Below, in pieces: positions 54,134-64,000 of a stretch of DNA of 64,000 nt. Each line of letters begins with the position of its first letter. Positions within the stretch are counted from its first letter, which is position 1. The notes beneath the pieces were generated by a model, which searched no databases, was not told the origin of the DNA, and saw only the letters and a list, made by a program, of their open reading frames with translations. The DNA comes from Octopus vulgaris (Eukaryota), in NCBI GenBank assembly GCA_951406725.2, contig OX597833.1, positions 72,788,001-72,852,000 on the forward strand, read 5' to 3'. The position numbers and the translations under genes were made by a program.

Positions 54134-54703
54134 ATATATATGTGTGTGTGTGTCTCGATATACATATGTATGTATATATATATGTGTGTACTTGTATTTG
54201 TATGTATTTATGTATGTATGTATGTGTGTATGCATCCGTGTATGTATGTATGTATGTATGCATGAATGTATTTATGTATGCATTCGTGTATGTATGTATG
54301 TGTGTATGTGTTCATGTATGTATATATGTATGCATCCGTGTATGTATGTATGTATGTATGCATGTATGTATGTATGTATGTATGTATGTATGTATGTATG
54401 CATGCATGTATGTATGTATGTATGTATATGTTCCTGGATGTGTGAGAGAGAGTGAGTTTGACATTTGTAAGGAAGGAGGGAGGGAGGAGGGAGGGAGGTA
54501 AATGTGTGTAGATGTGTGCGTATAACATGGTTGTTGTTCAACACCAGGTCAACCTTGATCAGCAGGTTTATTGTCATGGAGCGCTTATACTCCATGCCTG
54601 ACGGATTGGTGCCCACCTCCACTGAAAAGCCACAATCACTAACAACAACAAATGCGAATTGATACAAAGTGGTCAGTCATGCGTAAAAACCTTCCTGCCC
54701 CAC

Positions 54704-54741
<38 letters not shown>

Positions 54742-55320
54742 CTGTCACACACACACATGCTTACATACGTGTGTGTGTGTGTGTGTGTGTAAATGTATAC
54801 ATACATATATATTGCATATTATATATCATATATTTTATATCATGTGTGTGTGTGTGTTTTTTACATGTTATATATCTTATATATTTTATCTATATGTGTG
54901 TGTCTACGTCTGTGTATGTATTACATGTAGACACATGTAGACACATGCAGGCACAAGGATATAATTACATGTATACACACTGCATATATGCTAGACTACA
55001 TTTTATACACCTTTCATGTGACATTGCATACATGTATGTATGCATGCAAGCATAGTACCTCTACATGGTTAGACATGATGCACATGTCTCACCACACATG
55101 CAAGTATATTGTCTACATGAATAGACACCACATGTGCGTACCTATACATGTGATTTCGTATATATGAATGTCTGCTCTCACATGTATACATACGACAATA
55201 TTTTACCGGCAAATAAACACTCATCGACATTAGAATATACACACACTCACACAGACATTATATAGTACACACATTATAGAGGCATTCGTTATAAATACCA
55301 CATTCGTTATACAGCGTCAT

Positions 55321-55373
<53 letters not shown>

Positions 55374-55601
55374 TGCATGCATACATTGATGCATATATAT
55401 ATATATATATGCATACAGATGCATACAGGTATATAGATATACAACCATACATCAAGTATGCTACGTTATATAGCATTTAACATACATACTTTATAGTATA
55501 GCTATCTATGTATTTATGTATGCATGTATATTTGTAATAGATCGTACGACCCTCTAACCGCATACACACACAGATGCATACACACACACGCACACACACA
55601 C

Positions 55602-55646
<45 letters not shown>

Positions 55647-55811
55647 CACAATTTTGATACTCATTAAAATCTATACATGTATTTACTTCTTTATTCAAGG
55701 ACTATTCGCTGGTTTTCGTTATACATACGTATATATATACAGACATACATAAATACATACGTGTACGTATCTTTCTATGTATGTATGTATGCATATATGT
55801 ATGTGAGTGTA

Positions 55812-55859
<48 letters not shown>

Positions 55860-56133
55860 AGTGTGTGTGTGTACCCAGCACACCCACCGTGGACATGGAC
55901 CCACTGTATGTCCGTATTCCGCCATGCAAACGAATCCCCGTCCGCCATACATTACTCGACGTGACACACTCGACGCTCGGCAACCGGCTGCTACCTTCCT
56001 GCTACCATCCTCCTCATCCTCATCCTCCCGCAACTATTACTACTGCTACTTCGGTATAAATACGCGTTGTCCGACACAGATCCCCACCGCCACCACCACC
56101 ACCGCCACCACAACCATGGCCACCACCATCGTC

Positions 56134-56182
<49 letters not shown>

Positions 56183-56279
56183 ACCACAACCGCTGCTACA
56201 CCAACTTCCTCTCTCCATCCTCTTCACTCTTCCATTATCATTTCCTTTCATCACATTCAAACATTTCAATAATCCTATC

Positions 56280-56312
<33 letters not shown>

Positions 56313-56314
56313 AT

Positions 56315-56345
<31 letters not shown>

Positions 56346-56459
56346 TATATGTATAAATACACGCAGACACATGTGTGTGCATGTTTGCGCATGTGTATAT
56401 ATAATTATGTGTGTGTGTGTGTGTATGTGCATATGTTTATATGCATGTATATATATGCA

Positions 56460-57015
56460 TATACACATACATACGGACACATATATACACACATACATTC
56501 ACGCATACATACACATACACATACATGCATACACACACATGCATACATGCATACATACAGGCATATATACATACATACACACACATACATACACACATAC
56601 ATACATACATACATGCATACACACATACATACATACATAGACACACATACATACATACATACATACATACACACATACACACATACATACATACATACAC
56701 GCATGCATACATACATACATACATACATACATACATAGACATACATACATATAGACATACACACATACACACACACATACATACATACATACATACATAC
56801 ATACATAGACACATACATACATACATACATACATAGACACACATACATACATACATACATACACACATACATAGACACACATACATACATACATACATAC
56901 ATACATAGACACACATACATACATACATACATACATACATACATACATACATACATACATAGACACACATACATACATACATACACACATACATACATAC
57001 ACACACACATACATA
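56460..57015. repeat. Long (CATA)n/(CA)n compound microsatellite
   Basis: Directly visible. Confidence 0.95.
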
Positions 57016-57721
57016 CTTCGAACCAGCTGACAACTTTTCCCACCCTGCATTCATCTAGCAACCGGTGTATGTCCGCATCTACACATTATGTACATACACG
57101 TGCATACAGACGAGCGCGCGCACATACGCACAGGTAAATATAAGTGTATGTATATTTGTAATATAGGTGTGTGTGTGTGTGTGTGTGTGCACTTGCATAT
57201 ATGCATACACACACGCACGCACACACACATACATATACATATATACCTATATATTATATATGTATGTACACATAAATAAATATATACATATATATATATA
57301 TATACACACGCACGCATATATATATATATACATATATGCATATTTATATGTATGCATATGAATATATACATTTATATGTGAGTATATATACGTATATGTA
57401 TACGATGCACACACACACACAATAGCGGCAGATCCTCTTCAACCAATGCAGAGATATGATGAGGTTGTCGTGGTTATGATTATTTAATGACGATGGTTGA
57501 TTATAACTGATCCATGGATGGATAAGAGATTCTGTTAATATGACATAACGATCTGCCATTTGGTGCATCATACATGCATACATACACACAAATATATATA
57601 TACATACATCATACATACACACACACAAATATAGGTATACATACATCATACATACACACAAGTAAACATATCTTATATATTATATATATGTACATACATA
57701 ATATATATATATATATATATA

Positions 57722-58112
57722 TAATATATATAAAGCTGAAGTTGTCTGTGTGTGGCAGGTTTGGTAGCCTTCAACTAACACTTATCTCCTCCGAGACCCC
57801 GCGGTGCAAGTTGGCCAAAATTGAGAGTATGATAGAAGAAGGCTTGTTCTTCCTTCCGTAGAAGAAAAAATTTCAAATCGGACCATGTTAACACCAAAAA
57901 TTATTTACATCAAAAAGGTGCTTTTTTTCTATGAAAATCCCTATTTTTTACGATGTTTTGACTGCCGTGTCGCCATTTTTCGGTGTATTTCAACCAGAAA
58001 AATGTTCACTTAAAGAGAATAACAAGCTACAGAATGCAAAATTTTTACTCTCCAAAAATTCCAATTCTAAAGGGTCGAAACAAACCCGAGCAACGCCGGG
58101 CGCTACTGCTGG
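57722..58112 (+). mobile_element. Non-autonomous Helitron
   Basis: 5' TATATATAAAGCTGAAGTTGTCTGTGTG start; 3' GC hairpin CCCGAGCAACGCCGGG followed 8 bp later by CTGG|T (CTRR end); no TSD; sits in (TA)n. Confidence 0.8.
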
Positions 58113-58125
58113 TATATATATATAT

Positions 58126-58172
<47 letters not shown>

Positions 58173-58739
58173 ACATAATAATATAATATATGAGATGATC
58201 TAATTTATGAGAGGCTGGCATATGTTATGATGAGTGGGACATGTGTCCGAGACTGAAATGAGATGCGTCATGATCATAAGATATGGGTTTGGTCAGACAA
58301 ACGTTGCGTCATCAATATTTCGTAGTTGTTATGACCTGACCAGCTCAGTCTCCAATGAATGGCTTTGATGCTGGTGCTTGTTGTTGTTGTTGTTGTTGTT
58401 GTTAAGCAACAAGACGGGTAAGGGTGATTAGGTGAGGGTCTAGGGCTTAAGGGCGGGAGACCCCAGACCTTGGTAAAAAAAAAAACTTTGGTCGTCTTGT
58501 TGTAGTCGAGGGCTCTTCGTTGACGCCCGACACCACTGGGAGGTGGCCCCTCGGAGTCGCTGGAAATGGAGATCTCCAGGTCCGAATCCTCAGTCAACCC
58601 TGACCAACCATAATCTTCGATCAAGGGCTTTCCAGTTTTCACCCACCCGTCTTTATGTCTGTATGTATATGTGTGTTTGTGTGTATGTGTGTGTATACAC
58701 ACATACATACATACATACGTACATACATACATACATACA

Positions 58740-58772
<33 letters not shown>

Positions 58773-58971
58773 GCATGCATGCATGCATATATGTATGTAT
58801 GTGTGTATCAAACATTATCGAGTTAAAAAACAGAGATCTTATAGATACGAATTTATTATGTATATATATATTTATTTATTTATATATGTATGTATATGTA
58901 TGTATATTTGTGTATGTATGTATATGTATGTGTATATATGTATGTATGTATATGTATATATATAGATATGT

Positions 58972-59025
<54 letters not shown>

Positions 59026-59174
59026 ATGCGTGTGTATATATATATATGTGACATGCATGTATACAGACACAGGTAGATAGATTGATTGATTGATTGATAG
59101 AGAAAGAGGGAGAGAGACAGACAGACAGACAGACATTTCCTTTGTTTGCTTCAGACTGATAATGTAATGGTTTG

Positions 59175-59380
59175 AAGGAGGTTTGGCTGCGATTTGCAGC
59201 GGATCGAGTCATCCATAAATGGCCACCCTGCCACATTAAGTCGTCATATGATTTTCCATGGATGCTCCTGGGGTCGTGCAGTGGCTGTACATGAGATGAG
59301 GTCGCCGGGACAGCATTCAACCATCGCCGCTTATACACGATAACACAGCCCGCTAGAAATGGCAGCCAAATCCTTCCCTT
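59175..59380. mobile_element. MITE-like unit bounded by inverted copies of the GCTAGAAATAGCAGCCAAATC motif
   Basis: AAGGAGGTTTGGCTGCGATTTGCAGCGG versus CCGCTAGAAATGGCAGCCAAATCCTT. Confidence 0.5.
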
Positions 59381-59475
59381 CTCTAATCAGTCACATACGT
59401 CAGTGTTTGTAAATACACGAAAAGTCACATTAGATATTGTGTGTGTGTGTGTGTGTGTATGTATGTGTTTGTGTG

Positions 59476-59510
<35 letters not shown>

Positions 59511-59569
59511 GTTTCTCTGTGTGTGTGTGTGTGTGGAGATAGATAAATTTTAACTGAAAAAAATGGATG

Positions 59570-59760
59570 GTGTGGTATATCATTAGTATATAGTATGGTA
59601 TGCGGTGAGATATGGTGTATCATTACTCTATGGCATAAAATGACAAGAGGTGTGTCATTACTCTGTACGATGATATGTGAATGAGATATGGTGTATCATT
59701 ACGATATAGTACGGCATGTGAGATATCGTGTATCCATTACTCTATATCGTATGGCATGAC
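59570..59760. repeat. Degenerate tandem repeat of about 35-45 bp (TGAGATATGGTGTATCATTAC core) x5
   Basis: Core recurs at about 59570, 59606, 59645, 59682 and 59719. Confidence 0.75.
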
Positions 59761-60177
59761 AAAGGTGAATGAATCCTTCGTTTTAGAGTTGCTGACGCGT
59801 GTGTCCTTACGGCTGGTGTATCCTTACTGTTAGAATACAGAAGCCATACATCCGTTCCTTAAAACCCCACCCGACTGAAAACATAGGAGTGTCATGGCTG
59901 GAACGCCTTTCGTCATATAAGCGCGTTAACAAGCCTCACCTTGATTAACAACAACAATTAACTGTGAGACGATGAAGAGTTATTTACGGTCGGTGGCCAA
60001 ATACTCGTGCCATGCTGCAGCACTGCTTTCTATGAGGCCCACGAGGATATCATCACTTCGATTAGATTATCTTAATTGATATTATATCATCTTAGATTAT
60101 ATCATATCCTTATTTTATGTTAATTCATATTCTATTGCATGATATCATATTATTTTATATTACAATGCATTATGAAT

Positions 60178-60400
60178 GGCGCCGGGCTTGCAGAGTTGTT
60201 CGAGCACGAGAAGAAAAGAAATGTCTAACTGCAGTGTTTGTTCTGATTCTTTAGGATATGAGTTCGAATTGTGGCTTGGTTAACTTTCCCAGTCATCCTT
60301 ACGGAATCTACAAATAAGGGACTAGTCAAATTTTGGGTCCGTTATAATTGACTAATCCCCTTAAACATTGCTGATTACCTGCCTGTAGTAGAAACAGTCA
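60178..60400 (+). mobile_element. Highly decayed SINE family A
   Basis: Same module order; GAGTTCGAATT B-box. Confidence 0.5.
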
Positions 60401-60786
60401 TAATAGAATCATTTAAGGAATATAATAGAATGGTGAACGCTGTAAAGAATTCTAGGCAAAGGCTTGCCTGCGTCTCTAAGACGTTGCTTCTGACAGAAAA
60501 CAACGGGGTTTCGGCCAATCAGTGAGATGTAAACCCAAAACCACGTTTCCACCCTCTTTTTACATCATCCAGGGGTAGAGTCAACCGAAATCGCCCTGGC
60601 TAAAGTATATTTTCTGGTTGAAAGAATTAAACAAATCTGAATGGTCCTTTCCTCTCCCAGAAATCTGTCAGTTGACGAACTCACTTTGTTATGGATTTGA
60701 GACCCAACTGATCGTGTATTTAGTAAACACATCTTTCCCCTTGTGACGTTTTGATTAGGTTTAGTGTCACCTCATTCTTTCTACCC

Positions 60787-60894
<108 letters not shown>

Positions 60895-61755
60895 GTTAAG
60901 ACATGAACGGGTGGCGGGCAGGTTCTGAAAGTTCACTTTGAGTGAAGTAAGACTGTGTGAGAAAGAAGGGTGAGTGGGGTCTAGGCTAAGACGAAGTTCA
61001 AGGATATTGGAGAAGGGGTGGGGGAACTATCCAAAGGGTTTAGCTCTGATTTTGGATATGTGGAGGGGAGGGGAGTGGTGGTGGTGGTGTTGTGGTGAAA
61101 GGACACAGGAACTACAAGAGGACTGGACCGAATGCTTGCAACAGACCGTTCTCCATTTTTAGTGGAGGGTCAGGTGTTACATAACAAGACGGGAGAGTCA
61201 GAAGGGCAACCCTACATACGGCTTCTGTCCCTCAATTTCATACGTAGGATTAAGATCAGTTTCTACCTCCCACATTGTGCTTTTAATAACCCAACACCCC
61301 TTGTCAATGATGCATGCCACCACATCATCATCAGTTTCCTCGGTTTTAACTGTTCTGTTGTCTGTCTCTGTAAAATCCTAAATGTATGCGACGTTGTTGT
61401 TGTTGTTGTTGATTAGTACCAGATGTGTAAGATCCAGAAAAACTACGATCAAAAGTGTTCCAGTCATGACCATCCAACTGAGAGAGTTAGATAGCAACAA
61501 AGAGTCGAAAGAAAATACGTAACAGACAGGGAAACAAGTATTTTCTTTTTCGTAGTGATTTCTGTGAGTTGGTGCCAAAGGATTGGCGCATTCCTTGGTC
61601 CCTTTAATATTGGGCATTCCATAAAAGTAATGAGAAGAAACGGCCCCAATATTGACTGGTGGACCTCGAAAGAAAGAAAAAGGCAAAATTGACATATGTG
61701 CGATTTGAACGCAGGGCGCATCCTACCGGAAGCCAATTAACCACCCTTCTTATAT

Positions 61756-61792
<37 letters not shown>

Positions 61793-61850
61793 TATACATG
61801 TTGGCACCGACTATATATGACCCACTGTTTATGGCATGTATGCATATATA

Positions 61851-62160
61851 TGGAGGCGCAATGGTCCACTGGTTAGGGCAGCGGACTCGCGGTCGGAGGA
61901 TCTCGGTTTCGATTCCCAGACCGGGCGTTGTGTGTGTTTATTGAGTGAAAACACCTAAAGCTTCACGAGGCTCCAGCAGGGGATGGTGGTGACCTCTGTT
62001 GTACTCTTTCGCCCCAACTTTCTCTCACTCTTTCTTCCTGTTTCTTGGGTAACGCTGCAATGGACTGGCGTCCCGACCAGCTGGGGGGAAAACATACGCC
62101 ACAGAAACCAGGAAACCGGGCCCATGGCTAGGCTTGAAAAGGGCGCATAAATAAAAATAA
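61851..62160 (+). mobile_element. SINE with a family B head and a V-domain-like 3' part
   Basis: Head shared with 50556; after about 62045 CTGCAATGGACTGGCGTCCCGACCAG resembles the V-SINE domain. Confidence 0.85.
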
Positions 62161-62197
62161 TAATGCATATATATACATGTGTGGGTATATATACATA

Positions 62198-62528
62198 CAT
62201 GGCTCCGTGGTTAGAGCGTCGAGCTTATGACCGTGAGGTTGTGAGTTCGAATTCCGGACCGGGCTGCGTCTTGTGTTCCTGAGCAAGACCCTTTATTTCA
62301 CGTTGCTCCAGTTCATTCAGCTGTAGAAAATGAGTTGTGACGTCACTGGTGCCAAGCTGTATCGGCCCCTTTGCCTTTCCCTTGGATAACATCAGTGGTG
62401 TGGAGAGGGGGAGACTGGTATGCATGGGTGACTGCTGGTCTTCCATAAACAACCTTACCAGGACTTGTGCCTCGGAGGGTAACTTCCTAGGTGCAATCCC
62501 ATGGTCATTCGTGACCGAAAGGCGTCTA
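62198..62528 (+). mobile_element. tRNA-derived SINE with CORE-like block (family D)
   Basis: TGGCTCCGTGGTTAG A-box, GAGTTCGAATTCC B-box, TGAGCAAGACCCTTTATTTCAC block. Confidence 0.85.
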
Positions 62529-63365
62529 TAATACATATAATACACAGACACACAGATACACGTGTTTGCGCATGTGTATATGTGTGTGTGTGTGTGTGTC
62601 TGTCTATCTGTGTGTGTGTGTCTTAGTGATGTGCTACAATGCACATATTGTCATGCGAATAAGTGCTCAACGCATTGTGTATGGCGACGTTTATGGATTC
62701 AGGCTGCAACGTATAAACAGTCGCCATTTATTGTGGAAAACAACTTTAGTCATATTTAAAGCCTTTCATTAGGCGTGTTTTGTTTTTTTCGCAAACCATT
62801 TTCCTCAAAGAGACACAACGAAATATAAAGACTGAATGTGGTCAGCGAAAGAAATCACTGAAACACGTGCCCTAAAATTGGATTAATTATTTTTTTCTCG
62901 CACCTTTGAGCCAAAGGAAAGATTGAGGGTGTGAATGCTGTAAGGAGAGAGATCTGCTCCGCCAAGTTGATATTCTCGGTCAATGAACCGGAAAAAGCCT
63001 AGAGTTATGCGATTTGCTCAAGGTAACAATGCACCAGAAATCGAACCCACAATCTTACGATCACGACCCAAACACTTTAATTACGACACTCCTTCATGCC
63101 TACTATTGGCAACATCTTTAGGGCATTGGATTGGAATGTCTGGTGATATTCATTTCGGCTTCTTTCATTTTGAGCCGAAATTCTGCCAAAGTCAAACGCT
63201 GTCTTTGAACTTTCCGAATCGTCGGAGCGTTAGAGCAGTATTCGTTCTGGTTCTTTGTGCTTTGACTTCAAATCCCAGCGCAGTCAACTTGAGTGCTTAA
63301 CTGAATCGAATTAAATTAAATGCACCGAAGGGGTATATATATATAAAAGGATATTATTATTGATA

Positions 63366-63431
<66 letters not shown>

Positions 63432-64000
63432 GTGGCAAGTTTAAAGACATTATGGTACAGTGTATATGCACCGAAGGAGTAGGTGGAGAATTAACAGCAT
63501 CCCCATCTGCTCCTTTGGTCCCTTTAGAGGGGTCCATTCTGCTGCAGAGAATCTTTTCTTCCTCTCCCTGGAAGCCCCTTCCTTCTGTTCATATTTCAAT
63601 CCGAATTGGTTGGTGTTGTTAAAGATGTGGCCCCTGACGTGCTTCCACCGATTCTATCCACCAAAGATGTCTCGCCCCGCTAAAAATAACAGCCGTCTAA
63701 ACACTCCCTCCACTTACATCTTGCAGTCTTGAAAATAGATGAAGATCGCGAGAAAATACAGACGGGATGGTCGCAGCTGGAACCCTCTGATAATAGGGTT
63801 ATCAGAGGTAAGGCTACCCCAATCTCACCGACAATAGCAATAACATAACCACGGTGGGATTTGAACTCAGGGCGTAAAGAGATGCATCTAAATATCACAA
63901 AAGACCTTGTCAGGAACTCCACTGCTTTAAGCAACCCTCACTTAGATTATATCATAATAAAAAGGTTATATCAAACCATAATAGAAACTATCCACAGAAT

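Overview
Eukaryotic, AT-rich, microsatellite-saturated genomic DNA. The (TA)n/(CATA)n/(GATA)n/(CA)n load and the tRNA-derived SINE families look like an octopus or other coleoid cephalopod genome (inference). Only one host protein-coding segment is well supported: the first coding exon of a minus-strand HSPA12-like (atypical Hsp70) gene (7736-8428). Its other exons were not found and probably lie left of the window. Almost all other ORFs in the track are microsatellite artefacts. The rest is intron and intergenic DNA packed with mobile-element remnants: several SINE families, R4/Dong-like and RTE LINE pieces, a GIY-YIG Penelope-like element (PLE), a SPIN/Charlie-type hAT remnant, a mariner remnant, a non-autonomous Helitron and MITE-like units. 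The most striking non-coding signal is about 15 intact or decayed minimal type I hammerhead-ribozyme (HHR) motifs (CTGANGA-stem II-GAAA-palindrome-TH) on both strands. Most sit in short ORF-less units inserted in (TA)n, several of which carry a near-perfect fold-back hairpin at one junction. This looks like a diverse population of non-autonomous PLE-derived, retrozyme-like elements. Also notable: a strong-context uORF and a DR1 nuclear-receptor-site minisatellite upstream of the HSPA12-like gene, and a plus-strand TATA/Inr core promoter whose start site was duplicated by a retro-insertion. All calls were made by eye; no database search or folding was run.
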